Assembly: GCA_965223905.1 (NCBI GenBank)
Contig: CBDCXV010000011.1
Location: 992,001-1,056,000 of the forward strand
DNA: 64,000 nt
Reading direction: 5' to 3'
Origin: Candidatus Latescibacterota bacterium
GTDB taxonomy: Bacteria; Latescibacterota; UBA2968; UBA8231
Made by a program: the position numbers and the translations under genes
Part shown: piece after piece, positions 29,571 to 38,998 of the stretch
Position numbering within the stretch: position 1 is the stretch's first letter
Layout of the letters: each line of letters opens with the position of its first letter
Notes under the pieces: model-generated
What the model saw: the letters and a program-made list of their open reading frames with translations, nothing else
What the model was told of the DNA's origin: nothing
Database searches by the model: none

Positions 29571-31166
29571 TCAGTGCTGGTCAACTCCGACAGCTCCCCC
29601 GCTGTCTTCCGCGTATCGGATCGACAGGCGGACCCCGCACAGCCAGACCGGATCCCCCTTCTCGAGGGCGATCTCCACCCTGTTCGCTCCCGCTGCCAGC
29701 AGCGAGGGCTGGACCGCGAACTCGAGCTGCTCCTCCCCTTCCAGCGGCGTCTCCGCCAGGCGGGAGGGGTACTCGTTCCAGTCGGCGTCGTACCCAGTGT
29801 TCGTCCACGGGGCCGCGGGGGCCGCGCCCTCCATCCAGTCGAGGGAATGGCCGTTGAGCGCCAGCGAAAAGCTGCACCCGCCCGGCCCGGCATCTTCCGA
29901 GGTGTCGAAGCTGAGCCCGAGCACCGCGGAAGCGGCCGCGGCCGTATCCTCCCCGGATAAGTCGATGTCGAGAGCCGCCCCGCTTCCCGGGACCGTCTCC
30001 TGCAGGCGGACCGGCAGTTGCGCTCTCGGGATCGCGTTGAAGAAGGAGAACCCGAGCTGGGAGTTTGGAAGCTCCCGGCCGGAGCTGTCGACCTTGTAGC
30101 GCTTGCTCCTGCCGGCCAGCTTTGCCGGGTCGGCGAGCTCGGCCAGGAACTTCCGCTTCCACTCGTTCGGCATGCTGTAGTAGTTGAAGAAGTACAGCCC
30201 GTCGACCCCGGCGGCCCAGTAGCGCGCCGCAACCGCCCTCATCGTCTCCCGGTTCAGCATCGGGCTCAGGGCCTCGAAGCAGCCCAGCACCCGGCATCCG
30301 GTCCCCTCGGCCGCCTCGACGAAGGAGGCGACCGGCGTCTCGAACGGAATGAACCCGCCCCCGGCGATCAGGATGTCGGCCAGCCCTTCCCGCATCCAGA
30401 GCTCGGCGTCCAGCCCGATGCGGCGGCTGTCGGCCAGGGTGGGAGGAACGCGCACGGCGAGCTCGAGGCGGCGCCCGCGGGAGGCCGCGGCGGCGTCGAG
30501 CCGGGAGCGCACCCGGCGCACCAGGTCGGTGGCGAGGTAGCGGTGCGCGAACGCCTGCTCAATGCGGAAGAAGGCGGGATGGCGCATGAAGTCGAGCTCG
30601 ATGCCGTCGATGTCGAAGCGGTCGATCAGCTCGAAGAGGATCTTCAGCATGTGGGCGCGGGCCCCGGCCTCGGCGTAGTTCAGGCCTGTGCGGATCCCCC
30701 ACTCGAGGGTGCCGGGCGGCAACTCTCCGCCGGCGTGGCCGATCAGCAGCTCGGGATGCTCGCGGCGCAGGCGCCCGAAGTTGGGGGCGGACTCCTCGAT
30801 ATCGTAGTGCTCGTTCATGCGCACCGACGGGAAGAAGCGCATCCCCGCCTCGCGGCAGAGCCGCGAGATCACCGTGACCGGACCTCCGTGGTTCTCGGTG
30901 AGCCAGCGCAGGTTGTCCCGCTGCAGGCGCTGTCTATCGTCGAGATCCTCGTCGCCGTACCCGTCGCCGAGGCGCTCCCCGACCTCGGTTTCGTAGTCGT
31001 ACACCTCGTGGCCCCCGACCGACCACAGGAAGACGCCGACCGGAGAGCCCTCGTAGGGGGCGATCATCTTCTCATGCATGATCTCCGGGGTGATGGGAGG
31101 TCCGTACGTGCTCATGATCCAGCCATCGTCGTTGAACAGGATGAGAGGCGGTCGCGATCTGGTCAT
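29571..31166 (-). CDS. Glycoside hydrolase-like TIM-barrel protein (GHL10-like)
   Basis: ATG at 31166; FNDDG, SVRMNEHY, DGIELDFMRH, YWAAGVDGLYFFN. Confidence 0.6.
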   Translation of the reverse strand: MTRSRPPLILFNDDGWIMSTYGPPITPEIMHEKMIAPYEGSPVGVFLWSVGGHEVYDYETEVGERLGDGYGDEDLDDRQRLQRDNLRWLTENHGGPVTVISRLCREAGMRFFPSVRMNEHYDIEESAPNFGRLRREHPELLIGHAGGELPPGTLEWGIRTGLNYAEAGARAHMLKILFELIDRFDIDGIELDFMRHPAFFRIEQAFAHRYLATDLVRRVRSRLDAAAASRGRRLELAVRVPPTLADSRRIGLDAELWMREGLADILIAGGGFIPFETPVASFVEAAEGTGCRVLGCFEALSPMLNRETMRAVAARYWAAGVDGLYFFNYYSMPNEWKRKFLAELADPAKLAGRSKRYKVDSSGRELPNSQLGFSFFNAIPRAQLPVRLQETVPGSGAALDIDLSGEDTAAAASAVLGLSFDTSEDAGPGGCSFSLALNGHSLDWMEGAAPAAPWTNTGYDADWNEYPSRLAETPLEGEEQLEFAVQPSLLAAGANRVEIALEKGDPVWLCGVRLSIRYAEDSGGAVGVDQH

Positions 31167-31519
31167 CTGTCGTTCCCCTGAATTCCGGGTGAGGAGCTCA
31201 TTACGTGGTTTACTGCATCCGTCCTGCGGCCGGCGTTTGCGACCTCGCCAGCAAACCCCTTCGCAGCAGGCTGCGGTGTCCCGTTCCGGAGGCAACCTGC
31301 AGAACCCGGGGCCCCTGGCGCCGGAACGGCGCTTCCCGGTTTAGCGCCGCATGGCGGGAACAAGGGCCTCCGCTTCACGGTACGGGAAAGCCGGGGAGCA
31401 TACCAAGGTATTCGCGGGACCGCCCCTTGCTATTATTCAAAAAGATACAGTCTTCATATCCCGCAGCGGTTTCCCGACAACCGACCGGCCCCGGTGCCGG
31501 CCAGCAAAGGCGCGCAGCC

Positions 31520-32254
31520 ATGACCATTCCCCTCGACCAGATCACCTCCATGCCGGCGTACTCCCCGTATTTTCCGCCGCCCCCGGCCCGCTACCGCAAC
31601 GTCCGTTTCCAGTACGTCTGCTTCCGCGCCGACGCCGCCGCGGTCGACCGCCTGCTGCCGGCCTGCTTCGAGCCCGCGGCGGACGGCTTCTGCGCCGCCA
31701 TCGGCCTGACCGTGCCCTGGTCGGCGAACTACGGCGCCTTCGACGAGTCCGTTCTCGTGGCCAAATGCCTGTTCGAAGGCCAGGTGGGGTACTTCGCTCC
31801 CGTCGTTTTCCTCAACTCGCGCAGCAGCATTCCGGCGGGGCGTGAGATCTACGGCACCCCGAAGGTGCATGCCGATCTCGAGGTGCGAATGGATGAGCGG
31901 GTCATGGTGACCGACACCTTCGTCGGCGGCGGCAACGCCCTCTCCATTCGCTCGACCATGCATTGCGAGGCGGCCCCGGAGGAGCTGCCCGACCTCTCCC
32001 CTTCCTGGCGGCTCAAGGCGATCCCCAGGGCGGACGGCACCGGGTGCGACGTGCTGCAGCTGATCGACGGGGCGGGGGCGAGCCGGGAGGTGACCGTCCA
32101 CGTCCGTCGCAAGGGGGACGGCGTCGTGCGCTTCGAGCCGGTGCCGGTGTACGACCTGTCGGTGCTGGAGCCGCTGGAGTACTTCGGGGCCTTCTACGTC
32201 GAGCAGGATTACACCGAGGGGTACGCCCAGATCGTGCGCGACTTCCTCGCCTGA
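31520..32254 (+). CDS. Acetoacetate decarboxylase family protein
   Basis: SMPAYSP..PPPP; GREIYGTPK Schiff-base lysine motif; LKAIP. Confidence 0.8.
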   Translation: MTIPLDQITSMPAYSPYFPPPPARYRNVRFQYVCFRADAAAVDRLLPACFEPAADGFCAAIGLTVPWSANYGAFDESVLVAKCLFEGQVGYFAPVVFLNSRSSIPAGREIYGTPKVHADLEVRMDERVMVTDTFVGGGNALSIRSTMHCEAAPEELPDLSPSWRLKAIPRADGTGCDVLQLIDGAGASREVTVHVRRKGDGVVRFEPVPVYDLSVLEPLEYFGAFYVEQDYTEGYAQIVRDFLA

Positions 32255-32359
32255 GGCGCTCGCTGCTGGGGATTGATTTCCCGGCCCACCCCGGCGGCGG
32301 CGCTTCGGCTCGGTGCCGCCAAGGTTTACATGCAACCGGGATTGTTTTTGTTCCCCATT

Positions 32360-32368
32360 TGTGGCACA
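32360..32368. promoter_or_regulatory. Palindromic putative operator of the dinJ/yafQ-like operon
   Basis: tgtggcaca palindrome about 30 bp upstream of the antitoxin start, in an AT-richer stretch. Confidence 0.35.
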
Positions 32369-32398
32369 TTTCGTCGATTGACAAGGACGGAGGAAGCC

Positions 32399-32656
32399 AT
32401 GGCAAAAACGGAAACGATCCGGGCCCGCGTTGAACCGGAGTTGAAGAACCTGGCCGAGCAGGTCTTCTCGGAGCTGGGGCTGTCCCCCACCGAGGCGATC
32501 ACCCTGTTCTATACCCAGGTGACCCTGCATCGGGGGTTGCCATTCGAGGTCCGGGTTCCCAATGCCGAGACTCTCGAGGCGATGCGCCAGGCCCGCGCCG
32601 GAGAGGGGTTGACCGAATACGCCGACCTGAAGGCGCTCAAAGCCGGACATCGCTGA
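32399..32656 (+). CDS. dinJ: RelB/DinJ family antitoxin
   Basis: MAKTETIRARVEPELK...LGLSPTEAITLF...GLPFEVRVPNAET; GGAGG RBS. Confidence 0.88.
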   Translation: MAKTETIRARVEPELKNLAEQVFSELGLSPTEAITLFYTQVTLHRGLPFEVRVPNAETLEAMRQARAGEGLTEYADLKALKAGHR

Positions 32657-32659
32657 TGC

Positions 32660-32926
32660 ATGCGCCTTCTCACCACGACCCGATTCGAAAGGGACCTCAA
32701 GCGGGCCGGTAGACGCGGTAAGGATCTCAATGCGCTCTGGCGGGTGGTTGAGCGACTCTTGTCTCGGCAGCCCCTCGACCCCAGGCACAGACCGCACCGT
32801 TTATCGGGTGAATGGTCTGCCTGCTGGGAATGCCACCTCGAACCGGATTGGCTGTTGATCTGGGACCAGCGCCCGGATGTCCTCATCCTGGTGCGCACCG
32901 GAACCCACGCCGATCTGTTCGACTGA
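32660..32926 (+). CDS. yafQ: YafQ family mRNA interferase toxin
   Basis: FERDLKR, HRLSGEW, ECHLEPDWLLIW, RTGTHADLF. Confidence 0.9.
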   Translation: MRLLTTTRFERDLKRAGRRGKDLNALWRVVERLLSRQPLDPRHRPHRLSGEWSACWECHLEPDWLLIWDQRPDVLILVRTGTHADLFD

Positions 32927-32989
32927 TCCTGCCGGGGGGAATGTTCCCACCGCAGTACCTGGCATGACCGCGCCCCTCGCCGCGAACCC

Positions 32990-34552
32990 TCAATCGAGCT
33001 CGTCGAAGAAGGTGACGTCCGCCCCGAAGCTGTCCATCGCCGCGACCTCGTCTCCGCGCAGGCGCACCCGTATGTCGCGGGTGCGGTGCTCCATCACGAT
33101 CTCCTCTTCGGTCAGCGGGAAGTCGATGGCGACCTCGCGGTTGACCGGGGGCTCGGCGATCAGCAGGTACCCGTCCGACCACCTCGGCTCTCCGGTTGCC
33201 CCCGCGACCCGCACCTCCTCCCGGTTCACCCAGGGCGGGATGCGGACGAAGAGGGGGGCTGGCTTCTTCACGCGCACCGCGAGACGGCCGTGCGTGTACG
33301 GAGACTTCACCCGGACATGGCCGTTCTCGTGGTCGAACAGCAGGTTGATCCAGTGGCCGGACTCCTCGAACCGCGCCGCCTCCCGCAGGGCCTCGCACAA
33401 GGACCCAACCGAGCCGCCGACCACGTCGGTGTTGAAGCGCAGGAACCGGTTGCCGAGCGGCTCGTGGCCGTACGGGGCCGGGAAGCCCCAGGAGCCGCGG
33501 ATGCGATTGCGCACGTCGCGCAGGTGGTCGGACCCGTCCGGGTTCTCCGGGTCGCGGATCCAGGAGACGTCCCTGAGCTGCGACGGCAGCAGGTGGCAGC
33601 GGAGGATCCGTTCGGCGTCCTGGTAGTACTCGCTGAAACCCCAGCGCCCGAGGATGAGGGCGGTCTCGAGGATGTCGCCGGTGTTGTTCATCTCCCCCTC
33701 GTCGGCGCGGGACTCGTCGAATCGCGCTCCCTCTATCGACCAGCCGACCTCGTCCCGCAGCTCCCGGAGCCCGTTGTCGAAGAACGCCTTCACGCGGGCG
33801 AGCAGGGAGCCGTCCCCGGTCAGGTCGGCGAGCTGGGCCAGCGACGACATCACGCAGGTCGTCGAGTGCACGTGGCCGCCGAAGCGCTCCATATCGTAGG
33901 AGCCGTCCTCGAGGTAGACCTCGGAGACCAGCTTTTCCTTCAGGGCGCTCGCCAACTCCAGGGCCGGACCGGACCCGGTGACGCGGAAATACTTGACCAG
34001 CGGCCCGATGCAGCGGCCGACCCCTTCGACGACGGTGCGGTCGTCGTCGACCTGCACCCCGTGCTCCCGCTCCATGCGTTCAGAATCCCAGCGGCCCCCG
34101 GGAACGAAGTACTCGAGGACCGCGCGGATGCTCGCCTCGGCCAGGTCCCGGGCCCGCTCGGAGTTGCGGTACTTCACCAGCGGGTACAGGGCGTGAAACC
34201 CCTCGCGCACGTTGTGGTCGTTGAACTTCACCGGCTTCCCCTGGTAGTCGACCCGCTGCTTCGGCAGGGCGAGGGTGCCGCCGAACGAGAAGAAGGCGGC
34301 GCGCGCGTGCTTTTCGATCGCGTCCTCGTCGATCTCGACGCCGGCCGCGTCCTCGGCGTTCAGCAGGCCGTTGAGATGCCGCCCGGGTATGTGGTCCTCG
34401 ATGCTCATGCCGAGGTAGCAGTCCGGCCGCACCGCCACCCGGAAGAAGGGGATGTCCCCATCGTCTGCGTTGAAGAGGTTCTGCATGGTGTGACAGCCGA
34501 GGCGGATCGCCGCGGGAATGTCGGTGGTGTTGACGTCACTAAGCCTGGCCAT
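32990..34552 (-). CDS. Hypothetical protein, (alpha/alpha)6-barrel glycosidase-like (GH127-like)
   Basis: GHVHS, E-MNNTGD, YYQDAERILRCHL; C-terminal beta domain VRIPPWV. Fold call is inference. Confidence 0.45.
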   Translation of the reverse strand: MARLSDVNTTDIPAAIRLGCHTMQNLFNADDGDIPFFRVAVRPDCYLGMSIEDHIPGRHLNGLLNAEDAAGVEIDEDAIEKHARAAFFSFGGTLALPKQRVDYQGKPVKFNDHNVREGFHALYPLVKYRNSERARDLAEASIRAVLEYFVPGGRWDSERMEREHGVQVDDDRTVVEGVGRCIGPLVKYFRVTGSGPALELASALKEKLVSEVYLEDGSYDMERFGGHVHSTTCVMSSLAQLADLTGDGSLLARVKAFFDNGLRELRDEVGWSIEGARFDESRADEGEMNNTGDILETALILGRWGFSEYYQDAERILRCHLLPSQLRDVSWIRDPENPDGSDHLRDVRNRIRGSWGFPAPYGHEPLGNRFLRFNTDVVGGSVGSLCEALREAARFEESGHWINLLFDHENGHVRVKSPYTHGRLAVRVKKPAPLFVRIPPWVNREEVRVAGATGEPRWSDGYLLIAEPPVNREVAIDFPLTEEEIVMEHRTRDIRVRLRGDEVAAMDSFGADVTFFDELD

Positions 34553-34666
34553 CGGGTGGTTTTCCTTGGACTTGAGGAGCTACAGGGGAAAGAGGTGAAG
34601 TGTGCTGGTATTCTGCGGCTGAGGACCGGGACCGAATGCAGGTGAAAGCGGTTAGCTGGAGGAGAG

Positions 34667-36733
34667 CTACTTGAGGAATAGCAGCCGCCGTGTCTGCACA
34701 CCCCCCGAATAGTGCAGACGGGTCAGATAGACCCCCGCCGATACTGCCGATCCCTCCTCGTCGCGGGCATCCCAGCCGGCTTGGTAGAAGCCTGGGGGCT
34801 GGAACTCGTCAACCAGGGTGCGAACCCGCTGTCCCAGGGTATTGAATACCTCCAGCCGTACTGGTCCGGAAGTGGCCAGATGATAGGGGATCCGGGTGGT
34901 GCTGTTGAAGGGGTTGGGGGTATTGGGCTCCAGGCCGCTGGCGGCCGGAGCCTTTGGCATGGTGCCGTGCGTCAAGACGGAAGTCGGGATGGGGATGTCC
35001 AGGGCGATGCCCGTTGGAGCCGGTGAGCTCCCTTCCTCAAAAAACACGGAATGGATTTCCTCGACCTGTGAGCCATCCAGGTTGGACCGATAGATTTCCA
35101 ACCACTCCGGTCTCGGGCTGAAAAATTCCGCAGGGAGCCCGTACGTCAAAACCCCCCAGAAAATTTTGTTCCCGGCCGGATCCAGAGCGATGGCCCCGTA
35201 GTCACCCCATTCGGCAGCAGTGACGACTTCTTCGACCTGCGAGCCATCGAGGTTGGACCGTTTTATAGTGCCCCTGCCCCAATCAGTGCTCGTCCAGTAT
35301 AGTTTGGACCTGCCTCTGTCCAAGGCAATGGCCCCGTAGTAGTCAACCTCATCAGAAGCAGTGACGATTGCTTCGACCAGCGAGCCATTGAGGTTGGACC
35401 GTTGAATGGAACCCTCCTCCGTCCAGTATATCTTGGACCCTCCCCGGTCCAAGGCGACGGCATCCGGACGATCCAACCCTGTGACGATATCCTCGACCTG
35501 CGAGCCGTCCACGTTCCCCGCCTGAATTTTCCCTGTTCCCGAGTCCGCCCAATAGATGTTCCCTGTTCCCGAGTCCGCCCAATAGATCCTGTTCCCGCCT
35601 GACAGGGCCATGCCTTTGGGTTGATCCAACCCTGTTATCAGGACTTCGATTCCTGAGCCGTCCAGGTCGGACCGGTGGATGGAGCCCGCCACAAGGTCAC
35701 TCCAGTACATCTTCCTCCCCCTTGCGTCGAGGGCAATGCCGTACGGCCCCCTAACTTCCGGGGCAAAGAGGTCCTCGACGTTTGTGCCGTCGAGGTTTGC
35801 CCGGTGGATCGTGCCCCTGTTCCCTGTCCAATAGAGCCGGCCCTGGTCCAGGTCGAGGGCAAAGCCCATCACCCCTTCCCATTCCATGAGGTGTTCGATG
35901 TCCGAACCATCCAGATTCGCCCGCCGAATCGCACCGGCTTCCGAGTCAGTCCAGTAGATCTTGCCACCGGCTACATCCAGGGTGATGTCTGTGCCAAAAT
36001 CCACCCATCCCGTGACCACCTCTTCGATGTTGGAGCCGTCCAGGTCGGCCCGCTGAATGGTGCGCTCCCACAGGTTCGTCCAGTAGATCTTTTCCCCGCG
36101 TACATCCAGGGCGATATCCTCGAGATACCAAAAACCTGTGACCACCTCTTCGACATTGGACCCGTCCAGGTCGGCCCGCCTGATTTTCTCCCAGGCCGTC
36201 CAGTACATTTTGCCCTCGACCAAGTCCAGGGCGAGGCCCTCTGGATGATCCAGATAGTGAGTAAGTCGTTCAATGTTTGAGCCGTCCAGATTCGCCCGCA
36301 GGACTTCAGCAGTTGTATAGTCTCCGTGCGAGTACAGTGCCGTCCAATATATCTTGCCCGCATCCAGATTCAGCGCAATGTCCGATATCCCTGTCCATCC
36401 TGGAAATCTATCTCCTTCTATGAGTGTTTCGGTGTTGGAGCCGTCCAGGCCGGACCGATGGATGCCGCCCGCCCGCCTGTCTGCCCAGTAGATCTTTTCC
36501 CCGGGTACATCCAGGGCGATCTTGTCCGGACGCCTCAATTCCGGGTTGACGAGCTGTTCGACACTTGAGCCGTCCAGGCTCGACCGATGAATTCCCCGCT
36601 CCAAGTGCGTCCAGTAGATTTTGCCCTCCTCGACCGGGGACTGACCGTAGCTCAGGCCCTGCACGCCCAGTGCCAACCCTACCACTGCCGGAATCGAAGC
36701 GCTGACTTTTCGACGGGAAATCGGGTTCATCAT
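34667..36733 (-). CDS. Secreted YWTD (LDL-receptor class B) beta-propeller protein with C-terminal FlgD-Ig/T9SS-like domain
   Basis: Signal-like N-terminus; more than ten IALD...KIYWTD...IxRANLDGS repeats; C-terminal PNPFNSTT...FNTLGQRVRTLV...GVYL. Confidence 0.88.
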   Translation of the reverse strand: MMNPISRRKVSASIPAVVGLALGVQGLSYGQSPVEEGKIYWTHLERGIHRSSLDGSSVEQLVNPELRRPDKIALDVPGEKIYWADRRAGGIHRSGLDGSNTETLIEGDRFPGWTGISDIALNLDAGKIYWTALYSHGDYTTAEVLRANLDGSNIERLTHYLDHPEGLALDLVEGKMYWTAWEKIRRADLDGSNVEEVVTGFWYLEDIALDVRGEKIYWTNLWERTIQRADLDGSNIEEVVTGWVDFGTDITLDVAGGKIYWTDSEAGAIRRANLDGSDIEHLMEWEGVMGFALDLDQGRLYWTGNRGTIHRANLDGTNVEDLFAPEVRGPYGIALDARGRKMYWSDLVAGSIHRSDLDGSGIEVLITGLDQPKGMALSGGNRIYWADSGTGNIYWADSGTGKIQAGNVDGSQVEDIVTGLDRPDAVALDRGGSKIYWTEEGSIQRSNLNGSLVEAIVTASDEVDYYGAIALDRGRSKLYWTSTDWGRGTIKRSNLDGSQVEEVVTAAEWGDYGAIALDPAGNKIFWGVLTYGLPAEFFSPRPEWLEIYRSNLDGSQVEEIHSVFFEEGSSPAPTGIALDIPIPTSVLTHGTMPKAPAASGLEPNTPNPFNSTTRIPYHLATSGPVRLEVFNTLGQRVRTLVDEFQPPGFYQAGWDARDEEGSAVSAGVYLTRLHYSGGVQTRRLLFLK
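35529..35587. repeat. 30-bp in-frame tandem duplication inside the YWTD gene
   Basis: ttccctgttcccgagtccgcccaatagat twice with period 30, encoding IYWADSGTG twice. Confidence 0.9.
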
Positions 36734-36908
36734 CGGATAAACTCCTTCGTGGGTCCGGCCTCGTCCCTTCTGCAGATGCCCTTCTTTCGAGGGCGGACCT
36801 CCCCCGGATTCGGGCGGGAGGCGCCCGGCCTCGCAAAGGCGCGAGAACGGGCTCTGCTGCGGGCGGCACCATGGGCATGAAACCGATCTTACAGCGGTAG
36901 CGTACGGA

Positions 36909-36935
36909 TTTGAAATCAGGTCGCCAGATTTCAAA
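36909..36935. promoter_or_regulatory. Inverted repeat (operator or hairpin) upstream of the YWTD gene
   Basis: tttgaaatc-N9-gatttcaaa. Confidence 0.4.
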
Positions 36936-36946
36936 CCAGCACACCC

Positions 36947-38998
36947 CTACAGCGAAGTATCCCCGGGCGGGCGGTAGATCTCGAACGGCCCCGAGGGGCT
37001 GCCGAAATTCTCCGGCTTCCAGTACCAGACGTGGCCGAAATCGGCGCCGGCCAGCAGCTCCCAGCGCCCGTCGCCGTCCCAGTCGACCGCGGCCGGGTGG
37101 GCGCCGTGGCGAAAGAACTCCTGCGGCTTCCCATCCGCGCCGAACAGCAGCACTTGCGGGCGCGCGAAGAGGGGCTCCGCGTTGGTTCCGACGTTGCGGC
37201 AGAGGAGGACGAAACTGCCGCGGAAGGTGCTGCCCGGCTGCGGGCCGACTCCGAGCATCAAGTCGAGAAGTCCGTTCCCGTCCCAGTCGACGACCTGGAT
37301 CTTGGAGCGGCCGCGGCCGTCGCCGCCCTGCGGCGTGTAGGGCCCGTGGGTCTTGATGGGGTCGCCGTCCTCGAAGCGCAGCTTCTCCCCCGGGAGCAGG
37401 CAACAAAAATCCCCCTTGCCGGCGCGCCGGTAGAGCGCGAGGTCGAGGTCGAGATCCATGGTGACGACGTCCGGCAGGCCGCTGCTACTGAAGTCGCCGA
37501 GTCCGGGCTGCACGCGCCACGGCGCGAAAAGGGGCTCGTCTCCAACCCGCAGGCGATGCGGCGGGTCGAGCTTGGGTTCGCGCGCCGTGCCCCGGTTCGG
37601 GTACCAGTCGTAGAGCCCGAGCATGCTGCCGGCGACGAGGTCGAGCAGGCCGTCGCCGTCGAAGTCGACGAGCACAGGGTTGCTGTAGCCGCCGATGTTG
37701 CCGTCGAGAGGGCCCTGCGAGCCGCCCCAGTGGTGGCCGGCCGCGGGGTTGGGCCTGGCGGTGTAGCGGATCTCGTCCCCTGCGGCCCGCACCCGTTCCG
37801 GCGGCGCGAAGCGCAGCGGATCGGTGGAGAGGGTTTTGTACCAGAAGACGTACCCCTCGACGCTGCCGACGAGGAGGTCGGCGCGGCCGGTAGCGCGCCA
37901 GTCCCCGGCGGTCGGGACGCTGAAGCAGCCGCCGTTCACGTGGGGGTTCCGCTGCCGGAGCTTGAGCGGCTCGCCGTACACGGGACGCCCCCCGGTGTCG
38001 CGGCCATGATAGCGGCACCTGTGGACGTTGTTGGCGATGTCGCTGGCGAACAGGTCGGCGCGGTCCCCTTCGAGAGCCGCGGTGGTGATCCGGAGGAAGT
38101 TGGCGCGGCGCGAGAACGGGGCGCCGTGCAGGGTGAACAGCTCGGCCGGCTCTCCCCACTCCGGGACCTCCCCGGGCTGCAGCAGCGGCAGGTGCCAGAC
38201 CGGCCCGTAGTAGTCGAGGATGAGCAGCCCCGCGGACGGGTCGCCGCCGTCGACCGGGCAGAGCGGCCCGCCCGGCACCTCGACGTCGAGCTTGCCGCAG
38301 TACTCGAACTCCCAGCTCCCGGCGGAGCAGGCGTTGCGCAGCAGGTGCAGGGACCAGGGGCCGATGATCCCCTTCCAGGTGCCGTCGAGGCGGTAGCGGT
38401 CGCGCTGGTCCTCGGCCGCCGTGTCGACCCCGGGCGGCAGCCAGTAGTCGCCGTTCTCGTGGACCGCGGCGACCAGATCGAGGCGGCCGTCGCCGTCCCA
38501 GTCGCAGGGGGCCAGGGCCGTGGCCCAGTCGATGCCGTTGCCGTCCGCATCCGGGCCGCCGCTGAAGGCAACCGGCTGCCCCTGCGAGCGGTGCGTGGGA
38601 GAGCCGCCGGCCAGGGACAGCATGACCGGGGGCATGCGGGAGTAGGGACGCGGCCCCAGCAGGACCTCGGGGAACCCGTCGCCGTCGAAGTCGCCTGCGA
38701 CCTCGATGCGGCCGCAGAGCCCCTGGTCGCTCTCGTCCCGCTGGTGGGACCGCGACATCTCCCCCCAGCGCTGGCCGCGGTCGAGCACCGGGGTGCCGTC
38801 GGCGAGCGGCTCCTCGAAGCCGTACACGAACACCGCTCCCCCGGAGTCGACGAGCTCGAGGCGGCCGTCGCCGTTCCAGTCGACCAGGTGGGGGTTGCCG
38901 TTGGCGAGGAAGGCGTCCCCGGCGGCGGCGGAATCGCCGAGCCGCAGGGGCGAGCCGTCGCCGCTGTTTCCGCCTTCGACCGGCCTGGGAAAGCTCAT
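36947..38998 (-). CDS. FG-GAP/VCBS repeat protein
   Basis: Repeated DWNGDGRLELV, DFDGDGFPEV, DWDGDGRLDLV, DFDGDGLLDLV; ATGA overlap with the upstream gene. Confidence 0.85.
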   Translation of the reverse strand: MSFPRPVEGGNSGDGSPLRLGDSAAAGDAFLANGNPHLVDWNGDGRLELVDSGGAVFVYGFEEPLADGTPVLDRGQRWGEMSRSHQRDESDQGLCGRIEVAGDFDGDGFPEVLLGPRPYSRMPPVMLSLAGGSPTHRSQGQPVAFSGGPDADGNGIDWATALAPCDWDGDGRLDLVAAVHENGDYWLPPGVDTAAEDQRDRYRLDGTWKGIIGPWSLHLLRNACSAGSWEFEYCGKLDVEVPGGPLCPVDGGDPSAGLLILDYYGPVWHLPLLQPGEVPEWGEPAELFTLHGAPFSRRANFLRITTAALEGDRADLFASDIANNVHRCRYHGRDTGGRPVYGEPLKLRQRNPHVNGGCFSVPTAGDWRATGRADLLVGSVEGYVFWYKTLSTDPLRFAPPERVRAAGDEIRYTARPNPAAGHHWGGSQGPLDGNIGGYSNPVLVDFDGDGLLDLVAGSMLGLYDWYPNRGTAREPKLDPPHRLRVGDEPLFAPWRVQPGLGDFSSSGLPDVVTMDLDLDLALYRRAGKGDFCCLLPGEKLRFEDGDPIKTHGPYTPQGGDGRGRSKIQVVDWDGNGLLDLMLGVGPQPGSTFRGSFVLLCRNVGTNAEPLFARPQVLLFGADGKPQEFFRHGAHPAAVDWDGDGRWELLAGADFGHVWYWKPENFGSPSGPFEIYRPPGDTSL

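Noticed and set aside
28097-30232. 711-aa version of the ceramidase-like ORF, and the 266-aa version of fabZ (6840-7640)
   Set aside because: The N-terminal extensions overlap upstream genes; internal starts at 29554 and 7298 fit RBS or translational coupling.
31167-31519. Riboswitch in the divergent intergenic region
   Set aside because: GC-rich stems are possible, but no conserved cobalamin, TPP or SAM core could be matched.
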